A DNA stretch of 64,000 nt from Geosiphon pyriformis uo1. Its lineage: Eukaryota; Fungi; Glomeromycota. The stretch is from assembly GCA_016748015.1 (NCBI GenBank), contig JAAOMT010000752.1:318976-382975 (forward strand), in the 5' to 3' direction. Below are positions 27,394 to 39,300 of this stretch, in pieces; position 1 is the first letter of the stretch, and every line of letters begins with the position of its first letter. The translations under genes were made by a program, and so were the position numbers. The notes beneath the pieces were generated by a model. The model was given only the letters and a program-made list of their open reading frames with translations, had not been told where the DNA came from and did not search any database.

Positions 27394-29879
27394 AGACCTG
27401 ACCGGTTCTTTTTATATCAGAACACCCATAAAATTCCATGATATTCTACATTTTATCAATGCATCGCATGGCAAAAAAAAGTCTAATTATTTTTATTATA
27501 TTAAATCATTAATAAATCGCATGATGAAAAAAATATCTAATTATTTTATATGAGTGATAATGACGCGTCCCTATAATATATATCAAGCATTTTTTGATCA
27601 GTAAATAAAAGTATTTTATGAATTAGGTACTTTGATTATGATAAAAATGCTTAAATAAAGTTTTTTCTATTATTATCACTTTTATAATATATAACATTTT
27701 TATTCTTTTAAATAAAAATTTAAATCAGAATTTAGGTTCCTAATTACAAAGGTCATTTGTAAATTTCAAGATCATTTCGATTCCAAGTTGAAATAAATTC
27801 ATTTCAAAATACTCAATATAACTTGATGCCTTATTTAGTTTGAACAGTTTTTCGGGCACTTACTAATTGATTTTCACTGCCTCAAAATCTTTTGATTCTA
27901 GACAACCTTCCCATTCAAGATTCTTTTTCAAAGATATATATGACCTATAAGAGCAGCAATGTTTGACATAAGCGTACATGTTCCAAAACTGTTATCAGCA
28001 AAAAAAATATTCATGTACAAAAACGTGTTTTAAACTGGGATAAACCAAGTTTTAACTCTTGAAGCTTGGCGTTTTTTTTTAAAACTCTAAAAAATAATGT
28101 TCTGCATCATCTACGAATACTATCTGAAATTCGATTTAGGCAACGAAAAAAGACTACAATGAAAACTTTCATAAGCCTTTGAAGAAACATGCGACGATAT
28201 CACAACATTAAGTTTTGACGCAAAAGTCCCTCAATTCGTTTTCGAAACTTTGCTCATACAGTTTCTCAGATCCCTAGTTAATAAGCACTAAAATCATAAT
28301 CAAAGAGGAAGGCTTTTAATTAATTTGTAATCAATGAAGAAAAAGGTAAAAATCTTGCTCAAATCTTTGAATCCCTAAAAAAAGTAAACTAAGATTTTCT
28401 TTGACCCATTCTGGTATATAGCCCAAAATAAGAAAAACTTTCGTACCCTTAATTTAACAGCAAATGGGAGAGGAATCAATCTAACGTGAGAAACAAGCTA
28501 ACTGGAAAGGGTTACTACTTGTTTAGTTTAGAATTTTATCCATTTCCCTTTTAGTAAACCATTACTCACATAGTCAAATATTAAGATTTTCAACAATGAC
28601 AAATATAAAAAGACTCGGCTCATTGTTTCAGAGATGCTAGAAAATGATCAAATTTTAAGGAGGTACATAATTTTCTCTGTTTTTAAATTGGGCTGTCAAT
28701 AAAGTGTCTTGGAATCCCTAAAAATTTTAAATTTGTTTTCTCCACATTGTTTTCTCACCATAATTATAATTACTTTTCAATTGTGCATTTTAACAATTTG
28801 ACGACATACTTGCGTTCGGGTTAACTGTGTGTGTATTAATTGAACTTTAATTATCATTCAAGATTGTTTTTTAAAAATATTTTCGCGAGTTATGAGGTTA
28901 AATTTAAGTTTTTGTCGCGCATAAACAAGAATTTTTCTAGCGCTACCTGTTACTTGTCACGCAGTATTTCGAGGCGTTCCAAAATAAAATGAGGCATCAA
29001 GTTTTAAAACAGGATAAGAAGAATAATTCGTAATGAGCAGCAGCTGCCTGAAAATCTACACAGATCTTCCATTTACCTTGTAGACCCTTTTTCTAGCATC
29101 GGAAAAGGTCAAACTTCCAAAGACAATAATAAAATTAATTCGACACAAATTACGAGTCTAGTACCACGTTGGATTGTTTAATCTTTCAATAAAGTCCAAA
29201 ACTTGGTCTACTTTTCCAAAGGCTTCAATATTTCAGCGGAATGTAATTTACCATCATAAGTATGAAATTAGCGGAAATTCTCGATGTCGTACGGAATAAG
29301 TACCACCAATAATATGTCAGTCTATGATTCTATTAGGAGTACACATGTAAAAAAAGTACGCGTTTTAAGAACCTTTGTCGCTGCAGTCTTATTGATTGCA
29401 CCCATTCATTATTCTTGTGTAGACTGACGGCAGGTTTAGTTCTCACACATTTGCACACAAACTCGGAAACCTCGCTTTGAGGGTAATTATCATCAATTCC
29501 ACTGTCTATCCTCCTTTCTTTTCCCTACCCGTTTATTACCAAATTTCCTTTGGTGTAAATATATCATTATTATTATCTATTGTATTTTTATAATTTTCTT
29601 AATTTTTCTTCCTTGAACTACAAAACTACTCGACCTTTTCTTTTATATTGGCTTACTTTTCTCCCATCTCCCTCTTTTTTCAAACTTTTTCTCGTAAAAC
29701 GTCTTGAACAATTTCCATCTTACTCCAGCTATAATATAATACGTTCTCGACATAATACTTCTCTCGTAAACAAAGAAATATTAGTTTTTTAGATTTATTA
29801 AAATAAAATTATATAGTATAAATTTGTAAAATATATTGTTTTCAAACTGGGCAATACACTACAAAAACCATTCGATAGA

Positions 29880-31747
29880 ATGAATGTTCATCCGGATCAG
29901 GGGCCGGAATCAACCACCGCCATTACTTCGTCAATACTTACTCCTGATAATGGTACCTTTGGAAAATTGCATCGTTCCTTGTCAACAAATGAAAAGAGGT
30001 CGTCAAACCCATGGAAACATAAATCCCCAAGTTCACAAACAAAATCAAAAGTTTCTTTACCATCAAAAAAATCTTCTTCAAATATTAATTCAAAATCAGG
30101 CAATTCTTTGCCTAAAAATATCACAATTGAAACACAGCCACCAAGAATTTCTTCATTGAAATTTATACCTAGAACAGATTCGTTGTCTCTTAAATTAAAC
30201 TCTACCGTTCAATCACTAGAGAATAAAGGTGGGTCTCGTGCACACCATACCCCATATCTTGGACGATCACCTTCAACTCCTACATTGCGAAATTTTCCCA
30301 CATCTATTTCTGATTGGGAAGATGAAGACTTCCCAGTAATATTAGATGGAGCACCCCAACTTCCACCTATTCTGCCCATAATCACATTTTCTTCTGATAT
30401 TATAGCAGAATCATCTGTAATTTCGGTGCATAGTTCTTCTCCAACCCCATCTACGAACTCAACTTCCGGAACTTCAAGTGCATCACCATCATCCTCCTCC
30501 ATATCGTCGGCAGACACAACGAATGAGAATGAAGATGAAACACCTTTAGATATAACAACATTCCTTGCAGCTCCACGCCTTACACAACGCGTACGTTTAA
30601 AGAGTGGTCGGGTCGTGAGTTTTTCTGAGGTTGGGGATCGTAATGGATTTCCTGTGTTTGTATTCTTGGGCATGGGATGTGTACGATATTTCATTGCCTT
30701 TTTTGATGATCTCGCTTCGAGTTATGGTTTAAGGCTAATCTGCCCAGATCGACCGGGTGTCGGGCTTTCCGATAACGTAAAGGTCCAAGAGCAACAAGTA
30801 TTGAAATGGCCAGGTATGTTTTGGTGATAAAGTACAGTCTTTTATTCCAAAGGAAGAAAGATCAAATTTTTATTTCAATGAAGAATTTGACTTTTTATAT
30901 CTTATAACTAAATTTATACGGTCTTTTAGAGGTTATTGAAGAATTGTGTGACATCATGAGCATCAAAAAGTTTTTTATAATGGCCCATAGTGCGGGTGCC
31001 CCATATGCCCTTGCTTGTGCCCTCAAAATGCCCGAAAGATTACAAGGCACAATCTATCTTGTTTGCCCATGGGTGAGCACAGCAATCGCCAACAATTTTC
31101 GATGGTTGAGATTTGTACCCACACCGATTATGAAAATCACCAATACCGCAGGAATCTCTTTACAGCAAATGCTTTACGGTCGGCAGCCATACACAACCAG
31201 ACCATCACATCGAAACTCGGGAGCTTTAGCCTCACCCTTATCAAGCCTCGAAAAGAAGCAACAACTAGGACTTGCGATTCTTAAAGCCTCTTTTGCCGAA
31301 AATCTAGCTGGTGCCAACAACGATTTGTTGATGTGCTTTGAGCGTCGTCATAGCTTTGGATATTCTTATACTGATGTTAATCATCCAGTACACATATTCC
31401 ATGGCACTAAAGATGAAAGAATTCCAGTCTCAGCGGTCAAATGGATGGAAGAAGAAATGCCTCAATGCAAGCTAACTTTGATTGAAGGTGGCAAACATTC
31501 CTTGCTACTTCGTGCCGAAGTTGTCGATACTATATTTAAATCGATCGCCGTTCAATTGCATGTTAAAGATGAATGTCGTGTGTGCAAGCTCTCATCAAAG
31601 TGTTGGTTAATGGAGGAATCAGAAAATTGCAAAAAAAAGGATTTAGTAATAGTTCACGAGGTTGTGGTCAAGGGTGAAAAACCAAAAAGAACAACACGGA
31701 GAAGGAGCCTGCCGGTAAAAATCAAACCTCCAAAAATCTCAAAATGA
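29880..31747 (+). CDS. Alpha/beta-fold hydrolase with long Ser-rich disordered N-terminus (~583 aa, 2 exons)
   Basis: Exons 29880-30813 and 30930-31747 joined by a phase-1 GTATGT..TAG intron. Motifs GRVVSFSEVGD..G.PVFVFLG, PDRPGVGLS, nucleophile elbow AHSAG, HGTKDERIP, GGKHSLL. Confidence 0.92.
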
Positions 31748-32811
31748 ATTCCCGACATCGACAAGCAACCGGATTTGTTTTCACAAACTAAGATACCGAA
31801 AACGATTCGCTGTATATAGCTAAATTTAAATAATATATATCGGATGAGATAATCGTAAGGGCGGGTGACCAAGATCGCAAAAATCATATCGAACTCTAAA
31901 TCACAAGCCCTGTATTAAAAAAGTGCTAACACACTTACCTTAGTTTGATATTTGTTAAAATGTTAGGATCCATCACATTTAAAACGTCTCACTTCAATTT
32001 AATCAACACTTAGCCTTGATCCCTCGTCTTTTATGTTTTCACTTTCTGACCGAAAGATTGCCTCTTTGACTTTTTAGCGAGGAAAAAATTAAAAAGGCTC
32101 TTTCTATGAATAATCTCTGACGTGTGGTCATCACTTTACTACCAACACTTTGTAATAACAAGATTTTCAATACATAACACATTCCACCATTCTTTATAGG
32201 TGTCCTTTTTTGTCCAAATGCATTGGATTAACATGGCTTTATGATCCAAATAACTTATGATAGATTTTAAGCCATTATCCGGTGCCATATTTAACCCTTG
32301 CTTATTAAGAGTTGGGTTGATGATAGTGAAAATTAGGTCATGTGTATAGCTGACCTTCTGAATTTCTGCCATTAATCATTAAGGGGTTTCTATATACTTG
32401 AAAAAACAACCTCACCAAATGTGAGATGCATAAATTAAAAGAATCTACTCAGACTGACAGATAGGTAAAATAATATTCTATCACAAATTTGAGAACATAT
32501 GTAAAACCTCAAGGGATCTTAACTATCATCTCTTATACGAATAAAAATGTGGATTACTTAAAGTAATGCAGTTAAAATTATTCCAATTAGGTTGGTCAAT
32601 CCCCTAATACCAACCTGTCCAACTTTATGTGGTGAACCTCTATTATTTTTGTTACCGAACAATTTGGCTTGAAAATTAGATATTTATACCGGGAAAACTA
32701 ATAGTTTGCCCGATGCTTCAGGAATTGGAGAAGATATAACCGATTTTAAAGCCCGGATATAGAAAAAGAGTTAAACAAAATCCAATAAAGATTTTATAGA
32801 TGTATCCTACT

Positions 32812-34516
32812 TCAAAAGCTTACTTGAATATCTTGAATATAATCTCTGAGCTTTTCACTTCCTTTGTCCACCATGGTCTTTAAGATTTCATAATCGGCGG
32901 TCGCTTGACCAAGGAATTTTCGGGCAAATTCAGTGGCATTGGTTTGATAGTTACTAAGATCCACACTTTCCGGACGCGTAGATTCTTCTTCACGTCCAAA
33001 ATATTGGCTAGAAGATATTGAGCTAGCACCCTCAAATTGTTTCAACCGGTCGGAAGCCGCTGAAAGACTATCAGGGTCATATTCGTTGCGCCCAAAATAT
33101 TGATCGGACGAGATCGCTTTCTGATTACCGAATTTTTGTCTTGCAAATTCAGAGGTTGAAGAAGATTGAGAATCTGATTTAATAGACAACAATAAAGGCA
33201 GATAAGAATCTCCTATCAAATAAAAATATCAGTCGGCAAGCATAAGACAAACTTTCATATCCATGGTGAGTTTCTCCCTTTGAAGGCTTTAATTCTGTTG
33301 AACCGAAGCCTATATAGCGTGAGTTAGCGTCTTCTGATTTGGTTGCGAAGTTTGTGACACGTGGCGAAACCATTCCAAATTCCATTCGTGCAAATCCCAT
33401 TCCTAGTCTATCAATATCCTGACTTTCACTCCTTTTGTGAGTTTCTATTCCTGAACTATCAGAAGCCTCTGAATTTATTGATACCTCATTGTATATGAGA
33501 CGAGAACTAAAGGTCCCCCTTTCCTCAGATGGTTTGTCGTCAAAAGGTTTTTTATCTTTTTCCGATATTGGAGCTTTAGCAGCTATCTTTGCCTCTTCTT
33601 TAGCTTTTTGTTCAGCTTGCTCCATATTAACCTGCATTTTTACTGCACCCAAACCAACCTTACTTTTCTTCGCACCCTGTGACTTTGGGCGCACAAGGTT
33701 TGACTTTCGTTGGGAATTTTTAGGCGTGTTTGTAGTACTATTTTCAGAGCTTGTTATTGTAATCTTGATTGGTAAAACCTTATCCGGCTTTGGTGGGGTG
33801 TTTGATATTGTCTCAGCAGCTTTATTCGAATCTTGCTTATTAACACGTTGTGAAAGATCATCTTTTGCCGTTGAATTAGTAGTTTGATCGTCTTCATTGT
33901 GTTCAATAGGTTCGATATCAGGGTTTCTATGAAATAAAGCGTTACTAGAGATTGATTAAAAAATATCATATTTCATATTCATATATTCACTTACATGATT
34001 GCGTCGTCCTTGGCTCTCTTTAATAGCTCCTCTTTGTACTTTAATGCTGCTCGTGATGTGTATTTTGTCTTTATATCCTTATTAATAAGAGAGTTTCCAT
34101 GTTTTGCAAAGTATTCTGCAGCAGCGGCATTGCCTCCTGCTTTCATAATTCGAAGTTGATCCCAAGTCCAAGAGTCTAAAGAAGTGGATCTGTGCAACGA
34201 TTGTGTAGAAGATATCATCAAATGATTATGCACAAACTTTATATTATCAAAGAATATAGAAAGACATACCTAACAAAGCTAATATGAACCCCCAAATTTC
34301 TATGATTCGAAGAACAATCTAAGCAAAGATATATTCCAAAAGTGACACTTGACCACGAAGGGTTTTTACCGTTGCAATCAAAACACATCTGTAAGAAGGT
34401 TAGCCTTGGAACTAAAACTTTGTTCAAAAGAACACCGTCAAGTGTACCTTATTGGCTCTGTGAGCGGTAAGTTTCTTGAATGTCTCTTGAATCTGTGCCC
34501 TAGAAGGATCCGACAT
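32812..34516 (-). CDS. GLO3: ADP-ribosylation factor GTPase-activating protein, Glo3/ArfGAP2-3 type
   Basis: ATG 34516; exons 34516-34448, 34388-34270, 34189-33995, 33926-~33253 and ~33174-32824 (3' end uncertain). ArfGAP zinc finger [37 protein letters not shown], basic KVGLGAVK region, and two Glo3 motifs [10 protein letters not shown] / [10 protein letters not shown]. Confidence 0.93.
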
Positions 34517-35063
34517 TTTATACTTATATTTACGAATATTGCCAATTTTAAAACAGGTGAAGCTAAGTCTCTTGAAATACTTCCACGTTTCTTCTTGCCT
34601 ATCTGGTCAGACTAAATTAATTTCCTGAATTGGTTTAAGCGCTTCCTTCTTCAAAAGTGAACCTGTGGTGGCGTAGCTATTGGTGACATCATCATGAATA
34701 AATTTTCCTATCAGCATAAAACAATTTACGCGTTTCCCCAATCTTTCACCTCTTTCCAATATACTTCCGCGAAACGAGGACTTCAAAGTGGTCCCTCCTA
34801 GATTTTCTTGAGTGAAGCTTAGCAGATGTCCCATCAAGAAACCCGATCAACACAGCATATTCCTCATGTTGATAAAGACAAATGGGAGGTACGTAAATGC
34901 TTTTATTTATTCTGCCTCTGCCACAGTTGATTACTACACAGTGGTGCAATCCCTGAGTTACCCAGTCGTAGCTCAGCCTTGAGCCGTTGTAATTCAGTCC
35001 TGTACTATCATAGCCACAACTAAGCGACCTCGTTCAAGCACGCCAAGAACTCTAAAGCCATAA

Positions 35064-35908
35064 ATGGATTCTGTAAATTTGGAAGTCCGAAAAGGCCGGC
35101 ATCTTTTGAGAAATTATAAATTGAAAAAAAGAGAAGCAGTTCGAAGCGGAGTTGTGCAATGTAAGCTGTTTCCTTTTTATTTTTGAATTCATTTTATAGT
35201 TATTTACTCGCTTGACTTTTTTTATTCAGCTCAATTATCACGAATAGAGACAAAACCAGGGTAAGCCTCTGCCTATTCTCTATGATCAACCCTTAATTCT
35301 TGATGTATGTTAGATCTAACGTTGTGATGACTGTATCAGCATTCCATCGAATCGAGATGATGAAGAAGAAAACTCTCTGGTATTGTCCACATACACTTTG
35401 GTGTACTAGGGACAACGAAGGTGCTAACAATTACAACTTTTTTAGGGTAATGATAAAGATCAGATGACCGAGAAACCAGAGTCCGCAGACTCAGAATATC
35501 CCACTGTATGGTTACTCATGTATTTCTGTTTAACGATTTGGAAATTTGACACTACATTCCGCATGAGTGGAAGAGGAAATTTGAGGAACAGGTTAAGATC
35601 AGAAATTTTAGAAATAGTTGAGGCGGTTATTATAATCAATCACCGGCTGATAATTCCATTATCTCGACATTTCTATTTAATATTCTTAGGATACGACATC
35701 AACTGTGTCGAGAACATTCGTAACGGAGTGGAATTTGGTGGTTGAAGAGATGACACCCATATCCAAGGTATGTCTTGCATGTCTTTGATCTTCAGGCTTC
35801 CTAACCTATATGCAGGAATGGATTATAGATAAAACGAGCATCAGTCGATCATTTTTTCAGCTCCAAAAATTGGCCAAATCCAGGGCGAAAAGACGTGAAC
35901 TGACTTGA
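35064..35908 (+). CDS. Small six-exon hypothetical protein (~132 aa), divergent from GLO3
   Basis: Exons 35064-35160, 35230-35260, 35340-35379, 35446-35505, 35690-35767 and 35816-35908, all GT-AG, splice into one open frame MDSVNLEVRKGRHLL...QLQKLAKSRAKRRELT*. No family recognised. Confidence 0.6.
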
Positions 35909-36735
35909 TAGACCGTGTAAAAGTCTTGAAAAAACAAAACCAAAAAAGTTTTAAAAAAGATTATTGAAATGCTTATTTATTAACAAGATTTTTTTTTATT
36001 GCTTTAAACTTAAACTTAATTAGTGCAAAAACTGGTGTATAAGTTATAACAGTTTTAAATTGTTAAATTATAACAAATTATTCAATGTTTAATAAAATTC
36101 TGCAATTAATTAATTTTTTAGTTTGTTAATAACAAAATATAAAAATAACAGAAAAAAAGTTTTGTTAATTAATATTATTTATTTACAAATAGTAAAATTT
36201 AATATTATAATATGAATAATATAGTTTATTTTAATTATATTTATAATTTGTTATAAAATAAATAAATAAAACTTAATTTTTTCTATAGTTTTTATTAATG
36301 CAATTTTTTAAAAGTTTTTTAATTGTAAAAACAACTAAATTACACTTTACAAATGTTTTTATCTTAATATTACCTTTTATTTGTTTGTAAATGTTATGAG
36401 TTGGAACAGGATTTGAGTTGATTCGGAATCAACTTAAGTTGATTTGGGATTCTAATTTAACTTGAGTTAATTCGGAATCCTTAATTCAACACTGTGTTGA
36501 TTCCGAATCAACTCAACCAATTACATTATTTGGTTAATTGGCCAGTAAAAAGTTTCCCAATCAAAAAAATCAAAGTTTTGACGTGTTTTTTTATTATCAT
36601 ATTTAATAATTCTAATTATTTGTTTCAATTCTTACAAGCATTGCTATTATCATCATAATATTGTGCACTACATAAAACCCCGACTTTTTTGTAATTATAA
36701 TGATTAGTTCTACAGCTCTTTTTACAATTATATTA

Positions 36736-38032
36736 CGACAGGGTAAAACCTGCAATAGGGTAAAAACCTGTAAACCCCGTGATTGTATCAAGTGAAATCT
36801 GCGATAAATAGACATTTTTTAAGAGCAACGGCCCCTTTTGAGGGCAGACCCAATTGAAGGTACTGTAAAGTCGACCAAACTAAGTGGCACAACTTTGAAT
36901 GGAAAATTCAAACAAGTAATACTGTTATTATTGAAACAGGTAAGCTTAAAAATAGAGATCCTTCTTTATTACATATAACGATCAGTTTTTATTGCAAAAA
37001 ACTCAAATCTTTCCATAGATGACAAAATCCATTGTATAACCACTTTTGGGAGGAGGACGCGACTTCCAATTGCCATTGCCCTTGCTTTGTAGGTTTTTTG
37101 CAACCCATCGTATTGATACCAGCCAGAATTTTTAAAATTTTCGAAACGAACATCGGCAATATGATGGATGTCGTTACAAAAAGAAACTCCCATCAGGCGA
37201 TATCTATATTAAAAAATTAATAAATAAATACAGTAAGTGATAAACTTAATTCAAATTTACCTTTGTTTTGTAATTTGATTTCCTTTAGGAAAATTGATTT
37301 CTTCTGGTAAATCTTTGTTCTGAAGAGACCTCTTTTCATTAATGGTGCTAATTCCCGTAACATTGATGACAAGGATCAGAGGCAGTCGCTGGTCGATTTG
37401 TCTTTTTGATACGGTATCACCCATTCTATAAATAAAGATAAAGTTAATACTTTTTAATTTTGATTAGAAATTATTCTTTATTTTATACCCTATTGGAACA
37501 TCCAAGATATTCTACGTATGCCAACTTTGAATTTGAATTTTTGTTTGCATCTTCATTTACAAGTGTAATGGCTTTTACATCTCCTTCACGTACCTTAATA
37601 TTCAATAAAATACTATTGTATAGAAGTATAATTCATATAAATAATAATCTCTTACCCACTTCTTATGCATACAGTCATGATCTAGAATTTTATAGCCGTT
37701 ACTAAGACTACCACCTCCTAGGGATACCGTATCAGACATATATAAGTCTAACACTGAGGGTACTTGTATAAGTGGCAATTGTATGCATCGAATAGTTGAC
37801 AATAATGGGCGCCAAATGGCCTTTTTTGTTTCAATAGAGCTAGTAGACAAAGCATAATCGCCCATTAGTGCTAATGTTACACATTTTATATATTTCATTT
37901 TCTCACTTGATACAATCACGGGGTTTACAGGTTTTTACCCTATTGCAGGTTTTACTAATCTATCCCAGGTTTTACCCAATCTATCGCAGGTTTTACATTA
38001 CATGGCTGATCATCGCAGATTTCACCCTGTCG
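36736..38032 (-). mobile_element. Younger non-autonomous TIR element (MULE-like) nested in the Ginger element, carrying intron-containing USP-like peptidase fragments
   Basis: Termini CGACAGGGT...ACCCTGTCG; perfect 53-bp inverted match 36743-36795 / 37903-37955; repeated subterminal GGTAAAACCTG motif. Flanks share TTATATTA (8 of 10 bp). Cargo LPLILVINV...LPEEINFP | GVSFCNDIHHIADVRF....GWYQYDGL. Superfamily assignment tentative. Confidence 0.7.
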
Positions 38033-38639
38033 TTTTATATTAATAAACTGTCATTTTCTTCTAACTTTGGCATAAGACTGCTTCACATAAAGAAATAAAA
38101 ATGTTTGGTATTTCTCATAATTTTGGAAAATTAGTAGTTTTAATAGACATTAATTCTATTACATAGTAAGAATTTTTTAATATTCCTGACTTGTATCTCA
38201 GTTTATATAATCTTTTATTAACAGTTTTGATTACTTTACAGATAAAGAGCTTTGTATTAGTAATTGAATAATTAATCTTAATTTACATAAAATCTTCAAT
38301 CTCATACGATATTTTCCACTTGGTATTTTTATACAGCATTTTTTCTTGCATTACTTTGGCATTACTAATATATTAATCATGAACAATTTGGTATATTTTA
38401 TGATAGTTAGTGAATAAGTTAGTAATATTGTATAGTATATTGTTCTGGTTATTATTATTTTATTAAAAAATATGAGATTAATACAAAATAATATTAAAAA
38501 GTACAAATAATAAAAAATATTACCTTATTTTTTGAAATTATAATAAAAAAAACATAAAATTATTAAAGTGAGTACTAGTATTTTTTAAGAGATTGCTTGG
38601 TTTTTTCACTTATAGCTTAATTTTTTTTAATTTTTTTTC

Positions 38640-39300
38640 AAGATTATTTACTATATTATGTTATTGCTGTTGGTTTAGTGGTTATTGCTATTGCTCTCAA
38701 TTATTTTGCTACAACTATTGAATATCTTGTTGCTAATTATCTTGTTATTTGTTATCTTATTATTATTATTAATTATCTTGTTACTAATTATTTTGTTGTT
38801 ATTGTTAGTTATTCTGTTATTAATTATTTTATTGCTACTACTGGTTATTTTGTTGTTGGTTATTTTGTTGTTGGTTATTTTACTGTTGCTGTTAATTATC
38901 TTATAATCTATTATTTTATTGTTATTATTAATTATTTTGTTATATATTATCTTTGTTGTTACTGTTAATTATCTTTTTATTTATTATTTTATTACTGCTG
39001 CTGGTTATTTTATTACATATTATCTTGTTATTATTGCTGGTTATATTGTTGTTTATTATCTTGTTGCTGTTGCTAATTATTTTATTACATATTATTTTGC
39101 TGTTTTTATTAGTTATCTTGTTGCCTATTATCTTATTGCTGCTGTTTATTATTTTGTTGTCATTATTAATTATTTTGTTATTTATTATTTTGTTGCTTTT
39201 GTTGCTATTAATTATTTTGTTACTGGTTATTTTACTATTATTGCTGGTTATTTTATAATTGTAATTTGTCTTGTTATTAATTACTATTATGTTTAATTTT
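38640..39300. repeat. Low-complexity tandem repeat (TTATTTTGTTG-like) inside the Ginger transposase
   Basis: Recurrent TTATTTT/TTATCTT + (GTT/GCT/ATT)n motif; the minus strand reads as eroded Gln/Asn-rich codons between the integrase core and the C-terminal domains. Confidence 0.8.

Noticed and set aside
27400-29870. Possible gene fragments upstream of the hydrolase
   Set aside because: Moderate GC, but I could not build a consistent spliced ORF or recognise any motif.
32139-32372. 77-aa minus-strand ORF between the hydrolase and GLO3
   Set aside because: No recognisable motif or supporting exon structure.
29884-33887. ORFs 29884-30159, 29897-30124, 30209-30694, 31015-31284, 31654-31887 and 33489-33887
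   Set aside because: Shadow or alternate frames of the hydrolase and GLO3 genes.
38678-39296. Four Leu/Ile/Tyr-rich plus-strand ORFs resembling membrane proteins
   Set aside because: Antisense artefacts of a T-rich low-complexity repeat inside the Ginger element.
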